From the NCBI GenBank assembly GCA_951406725.2, contig OX597834.1:19096001-19160000 (forward strand): DNA of 64,000 nt, in the 5' to 3' direction. Numbering within the stretch: the first letter of the stretch is position 1; every line of letters starts with the position of its first letter. Below the pieces are notes generated by a model that was not told where the DNA came from, did not search any database, and saw only the letters and a program-made list of their open reading frames with translations. Shown one piece after another: positions 12,625-25,352 of this stretch. The DNA comes from Octopus vulgaris (lineage: Eukaryota). A program made the position numbers and the translations under genes.

Positions 12625-12865
12625 TACGATGGGCTTCTTTCAGTTTCCGTCTACCAAATCCACTCACAAGGCTTTGGTCGGCCCGAGGCTAAAGTAAAAT
12701 ACACTTGCCCAAGGTGCAATGCAGTGGGACTGAACCCCTAACCATGTGGTTGGTAAACAAGCTACTTACCACACAGCTGATTTTATTCAACATATTCCCC
12801 TGTCAGATTCACACACTTATTGCAGTGATCCTTCAGTTTTTCTAAGCCCTGTAAAAGAGCTCAGA
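12313..12865 (-). mobile_element. mariner transposon 3' fragment interrupted by a SINE
   Basis: TA-CGAGGTGATGTTGAAAAGTTTCTGG terminus; minus strand ~12783-12862 translates LLQGLEKLKDHCNKCVNLTGEYVE*, matching the mariner transposase C-terminus. Confidence 0.8.
12374..12777 (-). mobile_element. SINE family A inserted in the mariner fragment
   Basis: Family A sequence in reverse with central (TA)n. Confidence 0.9.
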
Positions 12866-13802
12866 ATTTTGGGCCTCCTATAATAAGTTAAAAAAACATA
12901 TATAAATGCACAAACAAACAGAAAACAGACACAAAAGGCCACCAAATCCTCACCAGTTATTGGCCAGAGTGTCAAATACAAATTTTCCCCTTCATTGATA
13001 ATACTGATCTCCTCTGGTGATGCTGGCTGCAAGAAATTACAAATCTGACAGAAAGGGAACAGAAAATAAACAAATATGCAATACAGAAAGTGGACATATA
13101 ATGCTGAAATAAATGTGATTCAAGATGAGACTGTTGGTGGACAGATGAGGGACTAAGATGAAATGTGGACATACGAACAAACTGGAATGAATAAACTGAA
13201 TGTGGCCTTAGGGCCAGGCAGGAGATGAAAATGTGGTTAACGCCAGGAGGGATATCCTTCAGGATTATAAACAGGAGGACAACAGAGAGACAGCAAAGTA
13301 TGTTGAAAGTGGGAGATGAGAAAATACAACCAGTTGCTTTGGCGGTTGGCATAAAAAGGGAAAGGGAATAATGAGGATGACAATGACCACTGGTCACATG
13401 TTAGTAGTAGGAGGGAGAAAAGTGGTAGAGGGTAGAGAGAGACAGAGAGCAGAGAGGGAAGGGAGAGGGAAAGCAAAGGCAGGAACAGATAGCAGCACAG
13501 AAGAAGTGTAAAGAGAGAATGGGAGAAGGAGAGAGAGAGAGAGAGAGAGGGGAGTGAAAGGGAAAGAAACGAAGAGAAAATAAAGAAAAGATGTACAAAA
13601 ATATAAAAACACTTATTGTAAACAAAATAAGAGTTTGTGGACTTCCATTAAACAAGAAGTTTAAAAACCTGTAATAAATGCACAAACAAATGGAAAACAG
13701 ACACAGAAGGTTGCCAAATCCTCATTAGTTATTGGCCAGAGGGACAAATGCAATTTCGAGCCTTCCTCAATAATAGAGACAACCACATCTTTTTTTTTTA
13801 TG

Positions 13803-14015
13803 GAGGTGCTTAACTTAGTGGTTAGGGTGTTGGACTCTGAGCATAAGATTGTGGTTTCACTTCCTGGACAGGGCAATGTGCTGTGTTCTTGAGCAAAACA
13901 CTTCATTTCATTTTGCTCCAGTCCCCTCAGCTGGTAAATATGAGTAATCCTGGTATCCCATCCTGGAAGGAATATTTACACCAGAGAAACTGGGAAACTG
14001 GTCCTAACCTCCTTA
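13803..14015 (+). mobile_element. SINE family C, diverged
   Basis: CTTAGTGGTTAGGG head and GTGTTCTTGAGCAAAACACTTCATTTCA segment. Confidence 0.7.
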
Positions 14016-14024
14016 TGTGGACTA

Positions 14025-14350
14025 ACCATACATTCCTTTTTAGGGGTATGTAGCATTACAATCTTTAATGTGAGCTTACCACATGTAAGATGGTAGGTAT
14101 AGCTTAGGAAAATTTGGTTGTTTTTTTTTTCTACAGTGCAATTGTCAATTAACACATCACATAACATCCCTTTGTGGTGCCTACTTATACCTAGATGGAC
14201 TTGGCAATTTCAAGTGAAATATCTTGGCTGTGGACAATGTCAATGATAGGGTGAACATGGTCAATTATTTAGATGCTTGTTTTGTACCCTATCAGCATAA
14301 GAAGTTTGAATTGGCAAAGCCTAAACAGGACCAGTATTTAGTTACAATCA
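14025..14350 (+). pseudogene. Decayed coding-like segment, unknown family
   Basis: QCNCQLTHHITSLCGAYLYLDGLGNFK*NILAVDNVNDRVNMVNYLDACFVPYQHKKFELAKPKQDQYL has a single TGA in about 70 codons. Confidence 0.4.
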
Positions 14351-15672
14351 TCTATGTTCTAAATTTAAATAGTGTCAAGGTCAATTTTGTCTTTCATCTT
14401 TCTGGGATCACTAAAACAACGTATTTTATTTCGTTTTTGGATTTGCTTTGCAAGATTCTTTATGTAGGCTCGTGTGTTGAAGCATATTCTGTTGTGTCTG
14501 GGGAGAGTAATTTTCTTTTTGTGCCTTATAATTTAACACACTCACGGGTAAAATTTCCATTTATTCCTTATTTTTATTTTCTTAAAATTTTCGTTGCATC
14601 TTGCAACCTTTTCAATAGTCTTGACTCTGTATTTTACATGTCAAGAAAATTACAATAGAAGATATCAGTCATACACACCCTAAACATATACTGAATTGCC
14701 GTAAAAATAACTATTGTTCTTCATTGTAGCTTTTACAACTACCTTAAAATTACCATTAAAAAAATTATATTTGGCTTGTACTAAACAAATCTATCAATCC
14801 TCAATAGTAATTATTCTAAACTTTCTTAATGAATATCTCTCCATTCATTTCCTTCTTGGAGCCCCCTTTAAGAAAGTGGAAACCACTTTACCTTAAGAAT
14901 CAGGACTCAGAAACAATGATTCTTTAATAACATATAATTTGAAATTGTGACAATATTAATGTTTCCTCATTAATTATTTTCTGTAACAATATCATTTGCA
15001 AAAATCAAAAAAGAACCCCTTGCTATTTAACTCTTTCAATCATTATTATATTTAAACAAACATCAAACCTTTGAGTTATAAGGGAAAAGCAATGTGAACT
15101 TAGGACTTCCATACCTTTCTGAAAGCTATTAAAAGCTAAGTAGAGTTATTGACTTCAAGTGTGAATTGAAATAGGCCAAGAATTTGGTTCACTAAGACTT
15201 AATATTTTACTTGGATTCTAACCATATTGTCAAATGAAATCCTGCCATGACATAAACAGGGATTTTGTTTGAAACTGTTTACTGTAAGCTAGTATAAAAG
15301 TGTATGTGTGTGTGCCTGCCAGCACCATGTGAAAATCACCTGTGCTGGCTCCATATAAATAGCACCTTTGTTGGCAATCTGTAGTAAGCACCTGTGCCAG
15401 CCCTATGTGGAAAGCATCAGTGCATTCTCTATATAGTAGTTGACATTAGGAAGGGCATCAAGCCGTAGAAGCCTGTCTAGCCATGCAGTCCAAGAAATTC
15501 TCCACTCTAAAGCATCTGGTGTTGCTGAAACACCATGTGACCTACCTTGAAAGGTAAAGTCAACCTCAGCAAAATTTGAACTCAGAACACAGGTGAAATG
15601 CTACTAAGCATTTCACCTGGTGTGCTAACAGTTCTGCTAGTTTGCTGTCTTAACAACAGCAACAACAATAAT

Positions 15673-16005
15673 ACCGGTGGCACATAAAAAGCACCACCCA
15701 TGCCGGTGGCACGTAAAAAGCACCACCCATGCCGGTGGCACGTAAAAAGCACCACCCATGCCGGTGGCACGTAAAAAGCACCATCCGACCATGGCTGTTT
15801 GCCAGCCTCGTCTGGCACCTGTGCCGGTGGCACGTAAAAAGCACCCACTACACTCATGGAGTGGTTGGTGTTAGGAAGGGCATCCAGCTGTAGAAACATT
15901 GCCAGATCAGACTAGGCCTGGTGCAGCCTTCTGGCTTCCCAGACCTCAGTTGAACCGTCCAACCCATGCTAGCATGGAAAGCGGACGCTAAATGATGATG
16001 ATGAT
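15673..16005 (+). mobile_element. Retroposon family D with internal 29-bp tandem repeats and (GAT)n tail
   Basis: GCCGGTGGCACGTAAAAAGCACCACCCAT x3 plus two further GGCACGTAAAAAGCACC modules, then the family D 3' end. Confidence 0.85.
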
Positions 16006-16320
16006 ACAATATAACAATAATATAGGTATGTCTTCAAACCAATTCCATAGTTAAGACTGTTTATATCTTCACATAAAGACAAAAATAATAGATAACAACT
16101 TTCCAGGTAGAAGTGATTATAGTTTTCAAAAAGGTTCTATCCTAATATTGCACCTTTAGTACTAACTACAAGGACTTTACTCAATATCATTAATCAGATA
16201 CTCCAGAAAAAATACAATTCAGAAAGAAATGATCTTCTTTATGATGCACCATAAATTTAAACAATCTTTCATCTTAAAAATAAACTATGGAATTTCTACA
16301 AGTACTGTTAGTGCAATAAG

Positions 16321-16557
16321 TTAAGTTAGTTAAGTTAAGTTAATTTTTTGGCTCAAAAAGCGAAAAGCAAGGCCATGTCGGGGGACATGGAGTTATGTAC
16401 ATGGGTGTTCATGCAAAGAGTTCAGGCCATTTCTGGTCAAGAGAGACTTTGAACCGAGCGGTCATCGGCATCTTCACTATCTCATCCGGCAGCTTATTCC
16501 ACGGATCCGCAACACCGGATGGAGAAAGCCCCACTCCTTCGATTGAGATGAAATCGT
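16321..16557 (-). mobile_element. CR1-clade LINE 3' end
   Basis: Minus strand RFHLNRRSGAFSIR/VADPWNKLPDEIVKMP...FKVSLDQKWPELFA*, followed by a 3'UTR and (TAACT)n tail; same family as 44722-44915. Confidence 0.85.
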
Positions 16558-16659
16558 CTTGATATAATTGATATAATCCTGATATGACAAGATAAAATTA
16601 TACATCCAACAGAGAGAAGCCAAAAAGCTGAATTCCCTTATAGATATACTTATAATTCC

Positions 16660-17005
16660 CTTATAAATATACCGCATCAGTCTTGAAGAAATCTTTGCAC
16701 ATAACATTTATGGAGGATCTCAAAACGATTTAAACTATGTAAAAACAGAAAATAGAAGAAAATGATGACATCTGGTGAGATGTTCAGAAGGCAAGAAACT
16801 AAATTAAAAAAAAAAATAACTGTATTTTATCCCAGTGGCCTGTATTTATCAATAAATACAAGGAAAATTTTGCAGAATGGGAAGAGGATAAGCTGGATGA
16901 AAGTTGAGTTTCCATCACTCCAGAGAAAATTTTCCAGTCTCTCATTGACGAATTTTCACACTTCTACTTTAACTGTCAGAAGAAAGTGTGTTCCATTCTC
17001 TATCC
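16660..17005 (+). pseudogene. Decayed coding-like segment, unknown family
   Basis: IYRISLEEIFAHNIYGGSQNDLNYVKTE/KIEENDDIW*DVQKARN*...NCILSQWPVFINKYKENFAEWEEDKLDES*VSITPEKIFQSLIDEFSHFYFNCQKKVCSILYP. Confidence 0.4.
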
Positions 17006-17041
17006 ACCCCACCACCACTATCTTTTCACACATACGCACAC

Positions 17042-17097
<56 letters not shown>

Positions 17098-17400
17098 ATT
17101 TTAACAGTGATTCATTTCATTGCAATTTGGCAGTTGATACTTGAAACATAAAAAAAGTGAAGCGAAAATTTCATCAAGTTTTATGGAAAATTGTGAAATG
17201 CGTTGTAAAGAGTTTTGATTATACACACACATACACACACACACACACACACAAACAAACATACACACACACACACGCACACACACATAAATGAATGTGT
17301 GTGGGTGTGTGTGTGTAATTGGTCTCAGATATATGATTGGCATCATACATACATTATATATTTATGTACATGTGTGTATGTATGTATATGTATGCATATA

Positions 17401-17449
<49 letters not shown>

Positions 17450-17920
17450 ATGTATGTGTGTGTGTATGTGTATATGTCTGTGTAAGTTTATATATATATA
17501 TGCGTGTGTGTGCATGTGTGTATATATACATATATATGTTTATATATAAATCATTATATATATATCATGTATGTATTTAATCATCTTGTTCATATGTATT
17601 TTATTATTGTCTATTTATTCCTCTTTCTCATTTTCTTTCTCTTTCCCTCTTCATTTCCCTCTCAAATCCTTTTCCTTTAACTTCATGTTTTCCTTCACTA
17701 AATCCCTTCGTTCCCCTACCATTCACCAGTTTTCTTCAGTTTTTACTATTCAATGCTCCTCTTTCCTTCCTTCTGAAATAGATTTGAAGTAGCCAGAGGT
17801 AAGATTAAGCAAAGGATGCTACCAGCTTCAATAAGATAGATAATATAAGGTGATGAGGATGATGGTGATGGATTTGTGATGTTGCTGGGAAGTGGGGGTA
17901 TTGTGTATTACATGAAGTTA

Positions 17921-18306
17921 TCTCTCTATATATAAACGGCAGGTTGTCTGTGTGTGTGTGTTTCTGTGTGTCTGTTAGGTTGTACCCTCACCCTGACCAC
18001 GGCTTTCAACTGATTCTGATGAAACTTGATACACACATAGCCCAATGTCATAATTCAAAACTAACGCAGCGAAAATTTTGAAAAGTTCCCCCAGTTCTGA
18101 AAAAATCGATAAATTCGACATGGGGTCGAGAATCAGAAACACAAACCACAGACTGTCTAGGGGACGCAACTCGACCTTTTTAACTCTCAAAAAAATTTAC
18201 CATCATATTTTTTCCATTTTTTTGCTATTTTTTGGCTATAACTCTCTAAAAATGCTTTATAGTTATTTCCCTTACAAACCCGAGCAACGCCGGGTGATAC
18301 TGCTAG
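17921..18306 (+). mobile_element. Non-autonomous Helitron
   Basis: Starts TC(TCTCTATATATAAA); ends with hairpin CCCGAGCAACGCCGGG then CTAG; inserted between A and T; second copy at 29950-30326. Confidence 0.85.
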
Positions 18307-18639
18307 TTAATAGATAAATCGTTGGAAACAGAACTAGTTGTGACAAATTTTAAAAGTCTCAGCTCAGCTCTGCCACTGCTCAGTAAAGAATATTGTAATG
18401 ATATAATATTGATGAGTGGATGTGATGGACTCCTGATCATAAGATTGTGGTTTTGATTCTTGGACTGGGTAACGTGTTGTGTTCTTGAGCAAAACACTTA
18501 ATTTTACGTTGCTCCAATCCATTTAACTAGCAAAAAATGAGTAATCCTTTGATGGACTGGTATCCCCTCCAGGAGAAAGTATATTCACCACAGAGAGACC
18601 AGGCAACCAGCCTTATGAGTCTGTATGACTTTGGAAGGA

Positions 18640-18679
<40 letters not shown>

Positions 18680-18694
18680 CGCTATATAATACTG

Positions 18695-19062
18695 CTTTCA
18701 AATTTTGGCACATGGCCAGCAACTTTGGGGATGCAATAAATTAATTACATTAACTTCAGTGCTCAACTGATTAAATTATTGACCTTGAAAGGATGAAAGA
18801 CAAAGTCACCCTTGACGGAATTTGAACTCAGAAAGTAAAGACAACTGATTATTTTATCAACCCAGAAAGAATGAAAGACAAAGTCACCCTCGATGGAATT
18901 TGAACTCAGAATGTAAAGACAACTGATTATTTTATCGACCCTGAAAGGATAAAAGACAAAGTTACCCCCGATGGAATTTGAACTCAGAATGTAAAGACAG
19001 ACAAAATGCCACTAAGCATTTTGCCCAGCAGGCAAAGAACACTTCTGCCATCTCACTGCCTT
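18695..19062 (-). mobile_element. SINE family B with a 78-bp internal unit in three tandem copies
   Basis: ACTGATTATTTTATCGACCCTGAAAGGATGAAAGACAAAGTCACCC...GAATTTGAACTCAGAATGTAAAGACA repeated three times at ~18765-19000. Confidence 0.8.
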
Positions 19063-19454
19063 TCTCCCATCTATAATATTACTAAAGACAAAAATAGACA
19101 GCTACATATGGAAAGGGAGCAGGAGTAAGAACAACAGATACTAGAACTGTATTGATCTTAAAAGCAGTAACAACTAATAATGATTTAGGCTGGCATTTTC
19201 GAAAGAAGGAGTTTAGTTAATATCGCTGATCCCAACCATTTAATTGGCCCTTCATTTTTATCACCCCCACCCACCTCCTGAAAGGATGAGAAGCAAAGTT
19301 AGTTGACCCTGGTGGGATTTGAACTCAGAAAGTAAAGAACTGAAGCATAAGGCATTGAGTCTGATGCTCTTTTTATTCTGCCAATCCACTGCCTTATAAC
19401 ATTGTCAGTAATGATGATAATAATAATAATAATAATAATAATGATGATGATAAT

Positions 19455-19650
19455 TCTTTTCTACTCTAGGCACAAGGCCCGAAATTTTAGAGGAGGATTC
19501 CAGTCGATTAGATCGACCCCAGTACGCAACTAGTACTTAATTTATCGACCCAGTAAGGATGAAAGGCAAAGTCAACCTCAGCGGAGTTTGAACTCAGAAC
19601 GTAAAGCCAGACGAAATACTGCTAAGCATTTCGCTCAGTGTGCTAATGTT
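19455..19650 (-). mobile_element. SINE family B
   Basis: Reverse complement of the family B sequence, embedded in (AAT)n. Confidence 0.8.
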
Positions 19651-19912
19651 AATAATAATAAATTAGGAAAAGTTAAGTGAATAAATAATAATAATGATAA
19701 TAATAATAATAATAATAATACTATTACTACCCATGTATTTTAAACTATTACTACCCATGTATTTTAATTTAACTTAAAAAAAAAAAATTAACGAACTATT
19801 GAGTTTAGTTTAATGGCCTACCAATGTATACTATGAGTTTCTTTACCCTAGGAGTCGGGAAGACACTCGGCAAGAAATGGAAGCAAATTTGAAAGAAGAA
19901 GAAAAAAAAAAA

Positions 19913-19953
<41 letters not shown>

Positions 19954-19954
<1 letters not shown>

Positions 19955-20290
19955 GAGTGAGCGAGCAGAGCATGCCATCAAAGTGACAGTGGGGTAAAAT
20001 ATACGAAGCCCAGTATACCCATCATGACTACCCGTCTGATAAGGGTACACCAGGCACATGCATCACAACCATATGTGCGAGACATGGTGATCTCATATCA
20101 AGATAAGCAGCACATGACCTTGCAGGTGGAGCCCAGTTAGAATTTTCTTCAGATCGAGTAACCCATCCCGCTCAAAAGGTCCCTGAATAAGGGTTGTTTA
20201 AGGACGTTGAACGAAACACCCATGTTTCCAGAGGTGAATTATTCAAACCCCAAAGAATCCCTCTCAACACATGGCTATGATGCTCCCCCC
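19954..20290 (-). mobile_element. Probable non-LTR retroposon 3' fragment inserted in a (TAA)n tract
   Basis: GC-richer block flanked on both sides by (TAT)n, with small hairpin TACCC-GTCTGATAA-GGGTA; insertion in TAA repeats is typical of R4/Dong-type elements (inference). Confidence 0.4.
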
Positions 20291-20331
<41 letters not shown>

Positions 20332-20520
20332 GTTACTATTATTATTATTATTATTGTTATTATTATTAAGTAAATAAGAAGCCAACAGTTTACTTTGTTA
20401 TAAGAATTGATATAGCTGAGTTAATCAATCATGGTATTTTACTGGCAAAATATGACCTCTGCTGAGCTTGAACACATAACAACAAGGTAAACAATATTAA
20501 CAATCATAGTAATAATAATG

Positions 20521-20557
<37 letters not shown>

Positions 20558-21693
20558 TGGTAACTTAGTAAATCATTTTAGCTAATAGAATAATATTTTC
20601 CAGGACATTAAGCATAGTCTGAACACTTTGCTAATCCAAACATCAAACAGTGGCTGCTAGCCAAACGATAGTCGTATAAATAATTTTATCTGTAGACTAA
20701 TTCCATAAAAACCTCTCAGTCATTGAGGAAATCTCAATATGTACTTTTTATTGAACAGGCATGTGCATTGCATACGTAAACACACAGACACAATCATGTC
20801 TCTACACAATCTGCTAGGAAAACCCCCTACATATTGAGACTTTGTTAGAAATGTAATCGATAGGTTACACATATTTGTTTGCTGGTTTAGCATTAATATG
20901 CTTTTCATGTTAGCTAGGGTTGGATGGCAAGTTATTTCAGGTCAAGTTTTATGGCTGGATGCTCTTCCTGTTACCAAACCTTATCTGTTTTTCAAATAAT
21001 GCATTTTGTATATCAGAGGTCTTTCAAAGGGCAAAGTGACCATTCATAATGTCAACAAAGAATGTCAACATCATCAACTTTTCACAGAGAACATTAAAGC
21101 TTTTTTTTTTTACCATATTTCTATTGATATAGAATTCCTTTATTTCAATTAATTGTGAAAACAAGCCTTTCTACTACAGGCAGAAAACCTGAAATTTTGT
21201 GGGAGGGTCTAGTTGACTACATTAACTCCTCTGTTAGACTGGTACTTATTTTACTCACCCCAAAAGGATGAAGGGTTCAGTTGATCCTGAAAGAAGCCTA
21301 TCTTATATATATATGTGTGTATGTGTGTGTGTGTGTGTGTGTGTCAGTGTTTGTCCCCCCGACATCTCTTCGCAAACAATGCTGGTGTATTTATGTCCCT
21401 ATAATTTAGTGAGATCGATAGAATAAGTACTAGGCTTACAAAGAATAAGTCCTAAGGTTGATTTGCTTGACTAAAGACAGTGCTCCATCATGGCCACAAA
21501 ACGTGTTGCTGTCTAATTTTCAATTGATTTAACTCAGTGGTTCCAAGACACAAATAGAGAAAAGTTCCAGTTGTAGTTAGGGTAGGATAGAGAATGACTG
21601 AAAATGCCCCAAGATCACGATCACAATGATTTCTCAGATTTGGCCAAAATAACAATAATTAACAAATCATTTCTATTAAAAAATTATATATAA

Positions 21694-22095
21694 TAGGTGC
21701 AGGAGTGGCTGTGTGGTAAGTAGCCTGCTTACCAACCACATTGTTCTGGGTTCAGTCCCACTGTGTGGCACCTTGGGCAAGTGTCTTCTACTATAGCCTC
21801 GGGCCGACCAAAGCCTTGTGAGTGGATTTGGTAGACGGAAACTGAAAGAAGCTCGTCGTATATATGTATATATATATGTGTGTGTGTGTGTTTGTGTGTC
21901 TGTGTTTGTCCCCCCAACATCACTTGACAACCGATGCTGGTGTGTTTACATCCCCGTGACTTAGTGGTTCGGCAAAAGAGACTGATGAAATAAGTACTAG
22001 GCTTACAAAGAATAAGTCCTGGGGGTCGATTTCCTCGACTAAAGGCGGTGCTCCAGCATGGCCGTAGTCAAATGACTGAAACAAGTAAAAGAGTA
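21694..22095 (+). mobile_element. SINE family A, full length
   Basis: AGGTGCAGGAGTGGCTGTGTGGTAAG head, GGTTCAGTCCC B-box, central (TA)n(TG)n, tail GACTGAAACAAGTAAAAGAGTA. Confidence 0.9.
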
Positions 22096-22158
22096 ATGAC
22101 CTTATAATGTGATATATTTCTTGTTTAATTTCTGCCTCACTTCTCTTTCCTCACTCAC

Positions 22159-22371
22159 CCTCTTTCAAATGATTTCTACACTTCTTCTTCTGAGGAGAAT
22201 CAGTTGCAACAAGTATTGTTCAATATGGAATGTTCACACCAGTCCAGTCGTTTATTGTGAATGAATTCTTTCCTTTTTCTTCTCTTCATTTATTTTTACA
22301 TTCCTCCTCTCTCAATTTCACCCATCCTCTTTACACTCCTCCGCCTCCTCTTACAGTGCTGTTTGTGGAAC
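22159..22371 (-). other. Candidate non-coding exon of a minus-strand host transcript
   Basis: Acceptor ACACTTATTTTCTTCTGTTCTACTTATAG|G and donor AGG|GTGAGT; 213 nt, purine-rich, stops in all three frames. Confidence 0.45.
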
Positions 22372-22429
22372 CTATAAGTAGAACAGAAGAAAATAAGTGT
22401 AAAAAAAAAAAAAGAATTCATTATTTAAA

Positions 22430-22835
22430 TAGGCATAGGAGTGGCTGTGTGGTAAGTAGCTTGCTTACCAACCACATGGTTCCGGGTTCAGTCCCACTGC
22501 GTGGCACCTTGGGCAAGTGTCTTCTGCTATAGCCTCGGGCCGACCAAAGCCTTGTGAGTGGATTTGGTAGATGGAAACTGAAAGAAGCCTGTCGTATATA
22601 TGTATATGTTTATATATGTATATGTTTGTGTGTTGTGTTTGCCCCCCTCCCCCAACATCGCCTGACAACCGATGCTGGTGTTTTTACGTCCCCGTTACTT
22701 AGCGGTTCGGCAAAAGAGACCAATAGAATAAGTACTAGGCTTACAAAGAGTAAGTCCTGGGGTCGATTTCCTCGATTAAAGGCGGTGCTCCAGCATGGCC
22801 AGAGTCAAATGACTGAAATAAGTAAATGAGTAAAT
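22430..22835 (+). mobile_element. SINE family A, full length
   Basis: Same sequence family as 21694-22095. Confidence 0.9.
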
Positions 22836-23119
22836 AAGACAAGCAGTAAAAAGGGAAAGAAATGTCTGAATTTCCTTAAAAGATGTCACAGTCAAATATT
22901 CGGCCTTGTGCTCTCGTACATGTTACTTGCATGCATGTATATATACACACATAATATATACAATATATATGTGTGTGTGTGTATGTATATATGTTTATGT
23001 ATACACACACACATGCATACATACACAAATGCCCAAATAAAATAGAGAATTAGGAGAAAATAATAAACCCAGTCAGCAAAATTTGATTTACACATATAAT
23101 ATACATACTGACAAACATG

Positions 23120-23178
<59 letters not shown>

Positions 23179-23472
23179 TGCACGTGCTCTCAGAGCTCAT
23201 ATATACAGAGAGATTCAATGTTTTGTGTATCTAACTTGTTGTTTCCACTTTAAAATTCTTCTTTTTTTTTTTTCAGTTTTTTTTCAATTTTATTTATCGT
23301 TTTTCTTTCTTTCTTTCCTTTTTTTGATTTTGATTTTTCCTGCTACATGCCAGTGCATCTCATTACTCAATATTAACCAAGCATGAAATAGTGCAATTGT
23401 TGTTCACATACGGTGTTTATTTTGTTCAAGATACAGTATTTATTTCCGATCTGAAAACCTCTTTAAAATCCC

Positions 23473-23506
23473 ATTATTATTATCATTATTATTATTATTA
23501 TTATCA

Positions 23507-23549
<43 letters not shown>

Positions 23550-23630
23550 CATCATTATTTTTATTGTTACTATTATTGTTATTGTTATCATCATCATAAT
23601 CATCATTATTATTATTATTATTACTATTAT
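23473..23630. repeat. (TAT/CAT)n trinucleotide microsatellite
   Basis: Directly visible. Confidence 0.95.
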
Positions 23631-24086
23631 TAGTATCTTAATTTTTTTTGTACTTTCGCTTTTATTTCTTTGTTTTTTATAATCTTGGCAGTAGTGCAAA
23701 ATCTGTTTAACAAAAGTAAAATTCCCAGCAGGTTTATTACACATCATATGCTTTTTTTTTCTTCTCACTCCACTCCCCTTCAGCACCACCCCACACTCTT
23801 TCATTTCTAAAATATATCAACATTGGCAGTCGTCATAAAAATAACAACACTTCTATTATTTTATTATATATATATATTTTTTTTTTTTTCTGCTCTTAAG
23901 ATTCATTCATTCATTTATTTATTTATATATTTTTCAAACATTTTCTCCATCTGACTAATTCTGAGTTTCTTTCAATCTATAAAATTAAATCAATTGCTAT
24001 GATTTTCTCATTAATAATATTGATGAAAATTTCGTTTCTGGATAATTTTAACTAAATTTTTCACAAATTTGTTTATACAGACACTC

Positions 24087-24117
<31 letters not shown>

Positions 24118-24322
24118 CACATAAACATACACACAAACACACACACACACGTGGCATTTCATTATACTTTATATTTTATTTCAGTTTTTTTGTTATTAAT
24201 ATTTATTTTTTGTTTTTTTTCATCCAGTGTAAATGTAAAACTTATTTTTCAATATTGAAGTCTGTTTCAACTAGTGATTGTCTAATAGATTAGTATGTGT
24301 ATGTGCATGTATTATATACATG

Positions 24323-24356
<34 letters not shown>

Positions 24357-24489
24357 AAAAGGTGAAATAGTTAAGTGGATAATGCATTGAAGTAAAAATA
24401 AAATTCATGCTTTGTGAGCTTATATCTACTTTAGGAATTTTTGTTACAATCTCCGTGTGGAATATTTAATTCTACTTGTCTCATTTCCC

Positions 24490-24820
24490 CTCTCTTTTAC
24501 TCTTTTACTTGTTTCAGTCATTTTACTGTGGCCATGCTGGAGCACCGCCTTTAGTCGCACAAATCGGCCCAGGGATTTACTCTTTATAAGCCTAGTACCT
24601 ATTTTATTGGTCTCTTTTGCCGAACCATTAAGTTATGGGGACGCAAACACACCAGCATCAGTTGTCAAGCGATGTTGGCGGAACAAACACAGAAACACAA
24701 ACATACACACACACATACCTTTAGTCGAGCAAATCAAACTCAGGACTTATTCTTTGTAAACCTAGTACTTATTCTATCAGTGTCTTTTGCTGAACTGTAA
24801 AGTTACAGGGACATAAACAG
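24490..24820 (-). mobile_element. SINE family A 3' half with partial duplication
   Basis: CCTTTAGTCG..CAAATC..AGGA.TTA segment occurs at ~24548 and again at ~24718. Confidence 0.75.
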
Positions 24821-24821
24821 A

Positions 24822-24968
24822 GTGAATTGTGTCATGATGCTGTTTTTCTCACAGACAGTGTGCAACTGACCCTACTATACTGTGTAGTCAACAAAATAAA
24901 AAACAAACAATGTGTATGCACAAAATTAATAATATAAAATGTTGACAATTTACCCATCGCACCCAGTA
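24822..24968 (-). mobile_element. Terminal fragment of the DD37D (maT) transposon family
   Basis: Similar to 59528-59664 and ends in an intact TIR CAATTTACCCATCGCACCCAG-TA. Confidence 0.75.
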
Positions 24969-25314
24969 TATATATATATATATATATATATAATGTATGG
25001 AGTCAACGACCATTGAAGAGGTTGCAAGATGTAATGAAAATTTTAGAAAAAATAAAAATGAATAAATGAGGGGAAATCAAACCTGTGAGTGTGTTTAAGT
25101 AATAAAGCACTAAAAGACAATGACTCTCTCCAGATACAACAAAAAATATACATGTATATATATCATCATCATCATTTAACATCTGTTTTCTATGCTGGCA
25201 TGGTTTGACTGAGGTCTGGAAAGCCAGTGGCTGCACGAGGCTCCAATCTGATCTGGCAATGTTTCTACAGCTTGATATCCTTACTAGTACCAACCTCTCT
25301 GAGAGTGTAGTGGG

Positions 25315-25352
<38 letters not shown>

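Noticed and set aside
25005-25050. Hammerhead-like TTGAAGA-G-GTTGCA..TGTAAT-GAAA in the repeat also at 14430-14625 and 58140-58265
   Set aside because: The core is altered and no stem I can be formed.
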